Translations under genes and position numbers: made by a program | The notes under the pieces: generated by a model | The model's database searches: none | What the model was told of the DNA's origin: nothing | What the model saw: the letters and a program-made list of their open reading frames with translations, nothing else | Assembly: GCA_038883795.1 (NCBI GenBank) | Contig: JAVZLK010000003.1 | Location: 75,202-139,201 of the forward strand | DNA: 64,000 bases | Reading direction: 5' to 3' | Origin: Candidatus Bathyarchaeia archaeon | GTDB taxonomy: Archaea > Thermoproteota > Bathyarchaeia > Bathyarchaeales > Bathycorpusculaceae | Shown: positions 50,277 to 59,575 of the stretch, one piece after another | How the letters are laid out: each line of letters opens with the position of its first letter | Numbering within the stretch: position 1 is the stretch's first letter

Positions 50277-50846
50277 GTGATACTTATGCCAAAAGTTAAA
50301 GCTATAATAAATATCGAAAACGTTGTTGCTTCTGCAACATTAAACCAGAAAGTTGATTTAAACGCTGTTGTTAAGGGTTATCCAGGCGTAGAATACCGTC
50401 CAGAACAGTTTCCAGGGCTTGTTTTTAGGCTTAAAAGACCAAAAACAGCCACTTTGATTTTCAATTCTGGGAAAATGGTTTGCACAGGCGCAAAATCAGA
50501 GAAAGAAGCACGAAGGGCAGTTATGAAGGTGATTAAGGAGTTAAAAAAGGGTGGAATAATAATCATTAGCAAGCCGGAACTAAAAATACAAAATATTGTG
50601 GCTTCTGCGGGCTTGGGTGGAATGATAGACTTAGAAAAAGCAGCGTCCACCCTTGGAAAAACAATGTATGAGCCAGAGCAGTTTCCAGGTTTGATTTATA
50701 GAATGGATGAGCCAAAAGTGGTTATACTATTGTTTGCAAGCGGAAAACTTGTCTGCACCGGAGCCAAAAGGGAGCAAGACGTTTACGATGCTGTCCACAA
50801 ACTTCATAAAATATTGGAAGACCAAGAACTAATATTCTACGAGTAA
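50277..50846 (+). CDS. tbp: TATA-box binding protein (start probably 50286)
   Basis: Two repeats NVVAS/NIVAS...YxPEQFPGL...LIF.SGK.VCTGAK. Confidence 0.98.
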   Translation: MILMPKVKAIINIENVVASATLNQKVDLNAVVKGYPGVEYRPEQFPGLVFRLKRPKTATLIFNSGKMVCTGAKSEKEARRAVMKVIKELKKGGIIIISKPELKIQNIVASAGLGGMIDLEKAASTLGKTMYEPEQFPGLIYRMDEPKVVILLFASGKLVCTGAKREQDVYDAVHKLHKILEDQELIFYE

Positions 50847-50867
50847 AGCCTTGAGCCTTATCCTATT

Positions 50868-51533
50868 TTACCTCTTTTTAATCTGCCTCAAAATAGTTTT
50901 TAATTGTTCCTCATCTATTGCTCCAATCTCATATAGCTTAGTCGCTATCTCGCTAACCTTGAGCAAAGCATGAACCTTTATCCCACTTTTTTCAAGTTTT
51001 TCTTTTCCGCCTTCTTCACGGTCTAAAAGCACGACAGCATCATTTACAACTCCACCCTCAGTTCTTATGGCTTTCGCTGCCCTTTCCAAAGATAAACCAG
51101 TTGTAATTAAATCGTCAATTAATAGGATGCGGTCTCCAGGCGCAATTATCCCTTCTATTCTTCTTTGTCTTCCATGAAGGCGGATGTCTTTGCGAATGTA
51201 GAGGAAGGGTTTCCTTAAATGGTATGCAACTAAAGATGCAAAGGGCATGCCTGCTATGGGAATTCCAGCTATTCTTTCAAAGTTTTCTGTGCCAATTTCC
51301 GCTTTTATGAAGTTTACATAAAAATCGCAAATTCTATGAAATGCGTCTGAAAAACTTGGTATTACCCTTAAGTCTATGTAGTAGGGGCTTATTTTCCCGC
51401 TTGTAAGTCTAAAAGCTCCAAACTGAAGCGCATCTATCTTTTTTAATATTTTGCATATTTCAACCTTAACTGCTTTGTTTTCTTCCATGGACAAAATTTC
51501 ACGTCCGCTTGGAAATCTGGTATATTTTGCCAA
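50868..51533 (-). CDS. pyrE: Orotate phosphoribosyltransferase (start probably 51488)
   Basis: FRLTSGKISPYYIDLR and LIDDLITTG PRPP-binding motif. Confidence 0.93.
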   Translation of the reverse strand: MAKYTRFPSGREILSMEENKAVKVEICKILKKIDALQFGAFRLTSGKISPYYIDLRVIPSFSDAFHRICDFYVNFIKAEIGTENFERIAGIPIAGMPFASLVAYHLRKPFLYIRKDIRLHGRQRRIEGIIAPGDRILLIDDLITTGLSLERAAKAIRTEGGVVNDAVVLLDREEGGKEKLEKSGIKVHALLKVSEIATKLYEIGAIDEEQLKTILRQIKKR

Positions 51534-52191
51534 CTTCTGGAACCAAACAGGTGATTTTTGGCATTTCCCTCTTCAAAATTTCAGCAAACTTCTTTTGATC
51601 CGATGCTGAACCTGTATGATATGGAACAGCAACTTTAGGCCTGGTTAACCTTGCAATCTCAGCGCCTGTTTCTGGAGAAGTCCCAGGGGCAATTCCAACC
51701 GTGCAGAAAACTAAATCAAACTTTTCTTTCTCGCCTATAGTTGCCATTTCTGGAAATGGTAGGCTGTCTGCTGTGTGAAAGATTTTAACTCCATCCTCGC
51801 TTGTGATTATGAAGGATACAGGCGTGGCTGCTGGAGGATGATTACATTTTTCACCCTTTATTGAAACTGCACCAAGTTTCACTTCTGCACCCGGTTGAAT
51901 TTCTTGCAATTTTTCTGGGGCAACAACATTTCGCAATCTTTTTGCGGATGTGGGGTCAGCCACAACCACACATAATGTGTTTTTGTGGATTTCTGAAATT
52001 AGCGATTGGTCTAAATGGTCATAGTGTTCGTGGCTGATTAAAATGGCATCTACACTTTTGAAAGTGCGCGGCTTAACTTCTACAGGGTCTATCACAAGGG
52101 TTTTTGTTGGAGTTTTTATGGTTACTCCAGCATAGCGATTAAACCACGCAAACAATATTTCATTTTTGGCAGGAGTCTTCTCAATAGCCAT
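51499..52191 (-). CDS. MBL-fold metallo-hydrolase (UPF0173-like)
   Basis: VIDP, ISHEHYDH, FHTADS and PKVAVPYH motifs. Confidence 0.85.
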   Translation of the reverse strand: MAIEKTPAKNEILFAWFNRYAGVTIKTPTKTLVIDPVEVKPRTFKSVDAILISHEHYDHLDQSLISEIHKNTLCVVVADPTSAKRLRNVVAPEKLQEIQPGAEVKLGAVSIKGEKCNHPPAATPVSFIITSEDGVKIFHTADSLPFPEMATIGEKEKFDLVFCTVGIAPGTSPETGAEIARLTRPKVAVPYHTGSASDQKKFAEILKREMPKITCLVPEVGKIYQISKRT

Positions 52192-52331
52192 ACTTGATTC
52201 CTCCAGCTAATAATTATGCGCTTTAGTTTTTAAAGAACTTGTGCTGCTCTATGCAAATTTTTACGAATACTATTTTGGTAAGGCTTAATAGTTGCTGTTT
52301 ACGTGTTTTCATATTTAAAAAGTGATGTCTG

Positions 52332-53606
52332 ATGGTTGACGTTTGGCTTCCGTATGGAAAAACTGAAGTGTGCGCTAGAATTCCCACAAGAAACTTTCTA
52401 GGCACAATTGAGCCAAGGGAAAAGCCGGGCGTGCCAGACGCTAAGGCAGAGATTGAAAGGGCTTTGAAAGAACCTATTGGCTCTAAAAGGTTAAGCGAAA
52501 TCGTTAAGCCAGAAAATAAGGTGGCTATCGTTGTTGATGATGCAACTAGACCCGCGCCAAGCCATCTTATGGTTCCGCCGTTGTTGGATGAGTTGAATAT
52601 GGCTGGTGTTAAAGACGAAAATATAACAATCATTTTTGGCTGTGGAGGACATAGGGCTGTTACGCGGGAAGAGGCAGTTAGTCTATTAGGCGAAGTTATT
52701 CTTAATCGTGTAAAAACTGTAAGCCACAACTCTAAGGCTCAAGACCTTGTTTATGTTGGCACAACACAGAAGTATGGAACAAAAGTTTATTTAAATCGCA
52801 TTTTCGCGGAGGCTGATGTAAAAATTCTGACGGGCGATGTTTGTTTTCATTATTATGCTGGTTATGGCGGAGGAAGAAAAAGCGTTTTGCCAGCAGTTTC
52901 AGGAGAAGAAACAATAAAGCATAACCACGCCATGCTTTTGCATCCAAGCGCAAAAACTGGAGTTTTAAGTGGAAATCCAGTCCACGAGGACATGGTTGAA
53001 GCGGCAAAACTGGCCAAAGTGGATTTCATTTTAAATGTTGTAATGAACAGCAAAAAGGAAATTGTGAGGGCTTTTGCAGGCGATTTGGAACAAGCCTTCT
53101 ACGAAGGCGTCAAGGTTGTGGATGAAATGTACCGCATCCCAGTAGACCGCCGAGCAGACATAGTTGTTGTTAGTCCTGGGGGGCATCCAGTTGACATAAA
53201 TCTTTTCCAAGCCTATAAGGGTGTGGACAGCGCCCTTGAAGTTGTTAAACGTGGTGGTGTAATAATTTTGGTTGCTGAATGTCCTGAGGGACATGGAAGC
53301 CAGGTTTTTTATGATTGGATGGTTAAGTTTAAGGATTTGAAGGCGATGGAGAGGGAAATTAAGAACAATTTTGTTTTGGGTGGTCATAAGGCCTATTATT
53401 TGTTGAAGGCTTTGCAAAGGGTTCAGATAATTTTGGTTTCGACAATGCCCGATTATTATGCCACAAACATCTTCAAGTTGAAGACAGCGAGAGCCGTAAA
53501 CGATGCGTTAAATGAAGCTTTTAACATTGTTGGGAAAAATGCAAGGGTTTGGGCTATGCCCTACGGAAACTTTACATTGCCAGAAGTCAAAACAGCTGAA
53601 GAGTAA
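52332..53606 (+). CDS. larA: LarA-family nickel-pincer racemase/epimerase
   Basis: DDATRP, GGHR, HYYAGYGGGRKS, NLFQAYK, AECPEG and GGHKA motifs. Confidence 0.88.
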   Translation: MVDVWLPYGKTEVCARIPTRNFLGTIEPREKPGVPDAKAEIERALKEPIGSKRLSEIVKPENKVAIVVDDATRPAPSHLMVPPLLDELNMAGVKDENITIIFGCGGHRAVTREEAVSLLGEVILNRVKTVSHNSKAQDLVYVGTTQKYGTKVYLNRIFAEADVKILTGDVCFHYYAGYGGGRKSVLPAVSGEETIKHNHAMLLHPSAKTGVLSGNPVHEDMVEAAKLAKVDFILNVVMNSKKEIVRAFAGDLEQAFYEGVKVVDEMYRIPVDRRADIVVVSPGGHPVDINLFQAYKGVDSALEVVKRGGVIILVAECPEGHGSQVFYDWMVKFKDLKAMEREIKNNFVLGGHKAYYLLKALQRVQIILVSTMPDYYATNIFKLKTARAVNDALNEAFNIVGKNARVWAMPYGNFTLPEVKTAEE

Positions 53607-53667
53607 AACTCAAAAGGATTAAATCTCAGTCTAAAGTTTATGCATTAAACCGTGTGGAGAAGAAAAC

Positions 53668-54144
53668 TTGCAGCAAACATTCAAACTGCGAAAATTCACA
53701 ATGAATGACCTTCAAAAAGTAATGCACATAAACCGAGTTTGCTTACCAGAAAACTATACGGACTACTTTTTTATTGAGCTTTACCAAAGATTCCCAGAAA
53801 CCTTCATTGTGGCAGAGGAAAACGGCGAAGTGGTTGGTTACATAATGTGCCGTATTGAACTTGGCTTATCCAACTTCGGTTTCAGCGGATTACTCAAGAA
53901 AGGACATATTGTTTCAGTGGCTGTTCTACACCAGTATAGGCGCAAAGGAATAGGAAAAGCCCTGGTTGCCCAAGCCTTGGAGAACATGCGCATATACAAT
54001 GCAAAACAATGTTTTCTAGAAGTTAGAGTAACAAACACTCCAGCCATAGAACTTTATAAGAAGTTGGGTTTTGAAATAACCCGCACAATCCACGGATACT
54101 ACTCTGACGGCGAAGACGCTTACGTTATGGCGCGAAAACTTTAG
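53668..54144 (+). CDS. N-terminal acetyltransferase (Ard1/RimI)
   Basis: LPENY, GHIVSVAV...RRKGIG, LEVRVTN and YYSDGEDAY motifs. Confidence 0.93.
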   Translation: MQQTFKLRKFTMNDLQKVMHINRVCLPENYTDYFFIELYQRFPETFIVAEENGEVVGYIMCRIELGLSNFGFSGLLKKGHIVSVAVLHQYRRKGIGKALVAQALENMRIYNAKQCFLEVRVTNTPAIELYKKLGFEITRTIHGYYSDGEDAYVMARKL

Positions 54145-54578
54145 ATTTGGAGCCTTTCCGCCTTCTCGTTTAGGAAGTTTATGGCTTGAAGTATTGATTT
54201 TGCAAATCCAAACAAGCTTATAAGCGTGACGATGGCAATTAATGGGCGAAAGTCAACAGTCAAACTCAAATTTTGATAGGTAACGCCAAATATTCCGCCC
54301 TTCAAAGAGAGGATTAGATAGCATATAACAAACAAAGCCTTAGCTGCATCAAAAAAGTGCTTAAAAATTGTTCCAGAGGTAAGTTCGCCAACAATCATCA
54401 AAATTATGTATACTATGACAAAAGTTTCAATTATCTGCTGAAAGCCAGGAATCAGTTCTGAAAGTGGGGCTAGAAACATCCATAAGAGGATGTATGCTGC
54501 ATAAAAGAGGATTCCCTTCACTGTCGCCTTTAAGGCTTTGAATGTCATTTGCTTAAGCTTGTTTTTGTTATCTGCCAT
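54141..54578 (-). CDS. Hypothetical ~4-TM membrane protein
   Basis: Four hydrophobic segments; overlaps the upstream gene, suggesting an operon. Confidence 0.7.
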   Translation of the reverse strand: MADNKNKLKQMTFKALKATVKGILFYAAYILLWMFLAPLSELIPGFQQIIETFVIVYIILMIVGELTSGTIFKHFFDAAKALFVICYLILSLKGGIFGVTYQNLSLTVDFRPLIAIVTLISLFGFAKSILQAINFLNEKAERLQI

Positions 54579-55350
54579 AAGGAATCACCAAGTTTTCATA
54601 ATTAAAAAGAGAAGTCGAAATGGAAACGTTAAAGTATCCATTATTAGTCACTTCGCTTCTTGAAACATAAAATTCGACAAACCCATTAAAGAAAGATTGT
54701 TGTGGAACGTCTATGGAAATTTGTCCTTCGCCTAATGAGCTGCTGGCGTTGTTATACATTTTTATTTTTATGTCTCCAGCTACATCAAAGAAGGCGTGAT
54801 TCTCAAAGCTTATTGGTAAATGAACTAGAAAATGTGTTAAGTTAGCCGCTACGTATTGAGGACGTTCTAAAGTAAAATTGTATAGTGGGGCGCCCCATGG
54901 CATGAAATAGTTTGTTGAGGCTTGAATTGGAATCAAATCGGCAATCACCATGCCAACCATCTCAAAAACTTCTAATTCAGTATCATTAAACAAGAAATTC
55001 TCATCACGCTGCAAAAGCGCATTAAGGTCGATGGTAACGTTATGCGTTACAGTTGCCTCTTCATCCTTATTTATGATTGGTATTAAAGTAGTTCCTCTTG
55101 CGGTAATGAAGTTTTCTGCGCTTGAAATTTGAGTTGTCAGGTTAAAATTGCGGAGGCTGTAAAAACCTTTGTTTGTAATTGTTAAGGGAAGAGTGAGAAG
55201 TATTTTGTTATCTGTTGTTACATTCATTTGTGGTTCGCCAAAATCTAAACGCAAATCTTTAACGGAGTAGACTGCGGAAACAAAGAATGCGATTAGAAAA
55301 ATCCAGAAGAATGTTGTAGTTATTCCTATCATTCGAATTGGTATTTGCAT
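54568..55350 (-). CDS. Membrane-anchored protein with two LEA_2/Ig-like beta domains
   Basis: N-terminal TM; LPLTITNKGFY and LPISFENHAFF repeated motifs. Confidence 0.65.
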   Translation of the reverse strand: MQIPIRMIGITTTFFWIFLIAFFVSAVYSVKDLRLDFGEPQMNVTTDNKILLTLPLTITNKGFYSLRNFNLTTQISSAENFITARGTTLIPIINKDEEATVTHNVTIDLNALLQRDENFLFNDTELEVFEMVGMVIADLIPIQASTNYFMPWGAPLYNFTLERPQYVAANLTHFLVHLPISFENHAFFDVAGDIKIKMYNNASSSLGEGQISIDVPQQSFFNGFVEFYVSRSEVTNNGYFNVSISTSLFNYENLVIPYGR

Positions 55351-55377
55351 ATTGCTCCTTTTCCGGGCACGTTAAAT

Positions 55378-55872
55378 TTACTGTTGAGTATTGTTTTGCT
55401 GAGGTTGTTTCGGCTCTGATGGCGGCTGCGAAATTTGTTCTGGGGGTATAACAACCATTTCTGGCTCTTGCGGCTTAACCTCTTCCTTGGGCTTTTCAGC
55501 TTTTGGTTTTTCAACTTTTGCCTTCGGCGGCTGAGGTTGCACTTGCGGTTGTGGTTTCTGTTCTGGCATAGCTTCTTTTTGTGGAACTGTTGGCGTAACT
55601 TGCGGTGCATGGGCTATTATTGTAACGCCTCTTATTGTCAAAAGTGAGCCAACCCAGCCCATAACGCCGAGATACATTATGCGGATACAAGTTGCAATTA
55701 AGGGAGCCAAGGCTTCGCCAAAAGTTTCCACCAAATTTTCGGAAGCCATTATTGATAGGCTTTGGGTTAGGAATCCATAGGCGCTTATGAAAGTGAATAC
55801 TAAAAGGGCTACGCCTACCATAAGGACTGTGATTCCGGAAAGGGCTATTTTTTCTCTGAAGGTTTTGAACAT
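55378..55872 (-). CDS. Hypothetical two-TM protein with a Pro/Gln/Lys/Glu-rich tail
   Basis: Two hydrophobic helices followed by a low-complexity PQ/EK tail. Confidence 0.7.
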   Translation of the reverse strand: MFKTFREKIALSGITVLMVGVALLVFTFISAYGFLTQSLSIMASENLVETFGEALAPLIATCIRIMYLGVMGWVGSLLTIRGVTIIAHAPQVTPTVPQKEAMPEQKPQPQVQPQPPKAKVEKPKAEKPKEEVKPQEPEMVVIPPEQISQPPSEPKQPQQNNTQQ

Positions 55873-55990
55873 GGTTTTGCCTCGTTTTTAGTGAGATGTA
55901 AAAACGAATATTAAATCTTCCGATATATTAAACAGAATCCAAATTAGCTATCAAAAATCAAAAACAAAAATACAAAAATAATGAGTGAGA

Positions 55991-56605
55991 TTATTGCGTC
56001 AAACCAAGTTTCTGGTAAATCTTCTGCTTGTTCTCCTCAACTTTTTTGGCTACATCCAAGAATAGATTATTTCCATGCGAGTCTATGGCAACAGCCAAAG
56101 GACCAAAATCCTCCACTTCAAAAATCCAAAGGGCTTCCGGGGTTCCCAAATCAAGCCATTCAACACTTTTTACGTTTTTGATGGCTTTTGCAGCCAGTAT
56201 TGCCGCCCCTCCAGTGAAAGCGCCGTAAACAGCGCCGTATTTAGCCATGGCATCCGTTGTTCTTTTACCCATTCCACCCTTGCCGATAACCACTCGAACC
56301 TTAAAGTTTTTTATGAACTCATCCTCGAAAATGTCCATTCGTGTGCTTGTTGTTGGACCAGCAGCAACAGCGACCCACTTATCACCTTCTTTGCTCACAA
56401 CTGGACCGCAGTGGAAAACAGCCAATCCTTCAAGGTTTATGGGTAAAGCTTTTCCTTGTTTGAAATATTCTAGGGCTCTTCTGTGGGCTTGGTCTCTGGC
56501 GGTTACAATAGTCCCCGTTATGTAAATTACATCGTTCACTTTTAATTTGCGAATTTCCTCTTCAGAAATTGGTGTTTTAAGTTTATAAACAGCCATATTT
56601 CTCAC
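55991..56605 (-). CDS. Class I fumarate hydratase/tartrate dehydratase beta subunit
   Basis: TARDQAH, HCGP, GPTTSTRM, IGKGG and DSHGNN motifs. Confidence 0.93.
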   Translation of the reverse strand: MRNMAVYKLKTPISEEEIRKLKVNDVIYITGTIVTARDQAHRRALEYFKQGKALPINLEGLAVFHCGPVVSKEGDKWVAVAAGPTTSTRMDIFEDEFIKNFKVRVVIGKGGMGKRTTDAMAKYGAVYGAFTGGAAILAAKAIKNVKSVEWLDLGTPEALWIFEVEDFGPLAVAIDSHGNNLFLDVAKKVEENKQKIYQKLGLTQ

Positions 56606-56606
56606 C

Positions 56607-57491
56607 TCACCATTTCATTTTATGTGTTAAATACTCAACTGTTCCATCAGCATTAATTCGTGCCGAGGCTCTTCTGGCAGCCCAACAGTTGAAGGCAACA
56701 GCCGCTGGAAAGGATGCTGGATGCCTATAAGCATAATCGATGTGCACGCCGAGCACCGTGGTTTTTCCACCCAAACCCATGGGACCAATTCCAGTCATAT
56801 TCGCAGCTTCAAAAATTTCCTTTTCCAGCTTAGCAATTTCGGGGTTTGGATTAGGCTCGTTTAAAGGTCTTAGAAGCGCCTTTTTTGCAAGTTTCATGGC
56901 TATGTCGCTTCCGCCGCCCATGGCAACACCCAGAATTGTTGGCGGGCAAGGCTGAGCTCCAGCTTTTATGACAGCGTCTATAACGAACTTTTTCAGTCCG
57001 TTTATGCCTTCGCCTGGAACAAGCATGCCCGTCAAACAAACGTTTTCTGAACCGCCTCCCTTAGTCATGACGGTTAATTCTATGCTGTCGCCGGAGATTA
57101 TTCCCCAGTGTATGTATGGTATTAGGCGTCCAGTGTTGTCTCCGCTGTTTTTTTGTGTGAAGGGGTCAACGGCGTTTGGGCGTAGGGGGATTTCTTTTGT
57201 GGCTCTGCGCACAGCTTTTATTAATGGTTCCTCTATTTTGTCAAGGTTTTTTGCTTCTGTCCCAGCTTTCACATAGAATATTATGGTGCCAGTGTCTTGG
57301 CATACTGGTGCCTGATATTTTTCGGCTAGTTCAATGTTGTCAAGAATTGCTTTCAGCTGTGTCTTACCAGTTTCGCTTGTTTCTTCTGCATAAGCCTTTT
57401 TTAAAGCTTGTTTCACGTCTTCTGGCAAGTATATGACTGCTTGTTTTAGTATGTTAAAGGCAACGTCTTCAAGAACTTTTGTCATATCCAT
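56607..57491 (-). CDS. Class I fumarate hydratase/tartrate dehydratase alpha subunit (Fe-S)
   Basis: CQDTG, KGGGSEN, PCPP, GIGPMGLGG and HPAS.P...NCWAAR motifs. Confidence 0.93.
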   Translation of the reverse strand: MDMTKVLEDVAFNILKQAVIYLPEDVKQALKKAYAEETSETGKTQLKAILDNIELAEKYQAPVCQDTGTIIFYVKAGTEAKNLDKIEEPLIKAVRRATKEIPLRPNAVDPFTQKNSGDNTGRLIPYIHWGIISGDSIELTVMTKGGGSENVCLTGMLVPGEGINGLKKFVIDAVIKAGAQPCPPTILGVAMGGGSDIAMKLAKKALLRPLNEPNPNPEIAKLEKEIFEAANMTGIGPMGLGGKTTVLGVHIDYAYRHPASFPAAVAFNCWAARRASARINADGTVEYLTHKMKW

Positions 57492-57632
57492 ATTTTTCCC
57501 TTCTTTTGTCGGTTTTATGAAAAATTCAGCTACTTATATCTTGTCTCCGGTTAATTGCAAATTTAAGATGGTTTTCACTTTAACCTAACTCTCCACGGAA
57601 AAAACGCTGACACACTTCGCTTATTTTAAATA

Positions 57633-58697
57633 TTGCTTAACCTAACTCTGATAAATTGCAAAGAGAGAGTGAACTGCTTGATGAGTGAAGAGGAAGAGAG
57701 GAAAGAAGAAGGCGCTATTAAAAAGAAATATGAGTTTTTGGAAGACTTGCCAGGAATAGGTCCAGCCACAGCACAAAAATTAAGAGAGTTGGGTTTTCAC
57801 ACGGTTGAGTCTTTGGCTATGGCTACAGCCCGCGAGCTGGAACCAGCTGGAATAAGCGAGAAAAAGGCTTTCGCCATCATTGAAGCCGCCCGCTCTTCCA
57901 TAAGTGTCTCCTTCATTAGGGCAGATGAACTTTTGAAAATGCGTCAGAGTGTTTTGCGTTTAACAACTGGAAGCAAAGCCCTGGATAGGATTCTCGACGG
58001 TGGATTGGAAACTCAAACTATAACAGAGTTTTATGGCGAGTACGGAAGTGGAAAAAGCCAGTTATGCCACCAATTATGCGTTAATGTTCAGTTGCCTCCG
58101 GAAAGGGGCGGCTTATCTGGCGCCGCCTTATACATAGACACGGAAAACACTTTCAGAACTGAAAGGATTGTGCAGATGTCCCGTCACTTGGGACTAAACC
58201 CAGAAGAGGTTGTTAAAAACATCATTTATGCTGAAGCCTACACGTCCGACCATCAAATGTTTTTGTTGGATAATGTTGATGACGTTATAAAGCAGAATAA
58301 TGTGAAACTCATCATTGTTGATTCCCTAACTGCCCATTTCAGAAGCGAATACCTTGGACGTGAAATGTTAGCTTCTAGGCAGCAAAAACTGAACAAACAC
58401 ATGCATAAGTTGATTCGTTTAGCAAGAGCCTTCAACCTTGTGGCTGTCGTGACAAACCAGGTTATGGCAAAGCCAGATGTGTTTTTTGGCGATGCCGTGC
58501 ATCCAGTCGGCGGTCACATTGTTGGACACACAAGCCACACACGCGTATATCTCCGCAGGGCTGCCCATGGACCAGTACGAATTGCCCGTTTGGTTTCTAG
58601 TCCCTATTTGCCTGAAGGGGAGGAAATATTTAAAATAACTGAGAACGGCATAGAAGACGTTTCCGAAGAAGAAAAGTCTAAGTCTCGTGGGCGTTAA
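57633..58697 (+). CDS. radA: DNA recombinase RadA (start probably 57681)
   Basis: N-terminal HhH LPGIGP, FIRA polymerisation motif, GEYGSGKS, YIDTENTFR, DSLTAHFRSEY.GR and TNQV. Confidence 0.97.
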   Translation: MLNLTLINCKERVNCLMSEEEERKEEGAIKKKYEFLEDLPGIGPATAQKLRELGFHTVESLAMATARELEPAGISEKKAFAIIEAARSSISVSFIRADELLKMRQSVLRLTTGSKALDRILDGGLETQTITEFYGEYGSGKSQLCHQLCVNVQLPPERGGLSGAALYIDTENTFRTERIVQMSRHLGLNPEEVVKNIIYAEAYTSDHQMFLLDNVDDVIKQNNVKLIIVDSLTAHFRSEYLGREMLASRQQKLNKHMHKLIRLARAFNLVAVVTNQVMAKPDVFFGDAVHPVGGHIVGHTSHTRVYLRRAAHGPVRIARLVSSPYLPEGEEIFKITENGIEDVSEEEKSKSRGR

Positions 58698-58699
58698 AG

Positions 58700-59158
58700 A
58701 TGCCTATCCCAAGGGTTTTAGTGACGCGGTACTTCCAGCTTTTAGTTAATAGACAGTTTGCCGAAGCGGAGCGGGAACTGGAAAAGATTAAACAGAAAAT
58801 GCACAAAACGGAGTGGAATAGGGGGTATTTTAGAGGCTTATATGGGATGATGCTTGCCAGACGCTCAAACAACAATGACTCTTACGCATTTTTCTCGAGA
58901 CTGGATTTAAATGATAAAGGCGCCTTACACAGTTATAGGCGAGAGTTTTTGAATCATATCAAGAATAGGCTTCACGGAGACTTTGACCGTGGATTTTTCT
59001 CAGCTTGGGCTGACTGTATGCATGTGCTCAGCAGAATGAATTTCGCAAATAACCCAAACGTGAACAACACAATTTCTGATAAGGGACGGCTGGAAACTTT
59101 AAAGGATGATAAAGGGCAAGCTACAATCGAGAATTTTCTTGGAAAAAAGCCTAAATAG
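58700..59158 (+). CDS. Hypothetical helical protein directly downstream of radA
   Basis: Starts 2 nt after the radA stop; internal repeat WNRGYF / FDRGFF. Confidence 0.7.
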   Translation: MPIPRVLVTRYFQLLVNRQFAEAERELEKIKQKMHKTEWNRGYFRGLYGMMLARRSNNNDSYAFFSRLDLNDKGALHSYRREFLNHIKNRLHGDFDRGFFSAWADCMHVLSRMNFANNPNVNNTISDKGRLETLKDDKGQATIENFLGKKPK

Positions 59159-59159
59159 G

Positions 59160-59501
59160 CTAAGGTGGCGGCGGTCCAGCCATTATTGTGTAGAAGAGAA
59201 TCCAAAAAACAAGCCATGAAAGAAAGTATATGCCAACACCAGTTGTGAAAATTTTCTGCGGCTTCTCCATTTTAGCTGCCCACTTGAACTTCATTATGTA
59301 ATAGGATATCACATAAACTATTATTGCTATACTTACGCCGTTCAAAAAAATGCTATAGTCTACAACATCCGGCGGGACAACCCTTGCTTGCGTATATCCC
59401 GTAGATGCTAAAGCTGCGATTATGCCAAGCAACAACCTAATCCAGTATATTTTCTCTATAATCCTCATAGCCCTTCCAACGCCTTTCCATCTTATATCCA
59501 A
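59160..59501 (-). CDS. EMC6/Rab5ip-like three-TM membrane protein
   Basis: IYWIR..LGIIA N-terminal helix and C-terminal FTTGVGIYFLSWLVFWILFYT resemble the EMC6 C-terminal motif. Confidence 0.6.
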   Translation of the reverse strand: MDIRWKGVGRAMRIIEKIYWIRLLLGIIAALASTGYTQARVVPPDVVDYSIFLNGVSIAIIVYVISYYIMKFKWAAKMEKPQKIFTTGVGIYFLSWLVFWILFYTIMAGPPPP

Positions 59502-59575
59502 GATTAGGATTTAAAAGTTGCCCAGCCCAATAATGTTTCAGCAAGTTTTATTTCTGCAAGAAGCAGTTTTATGGC

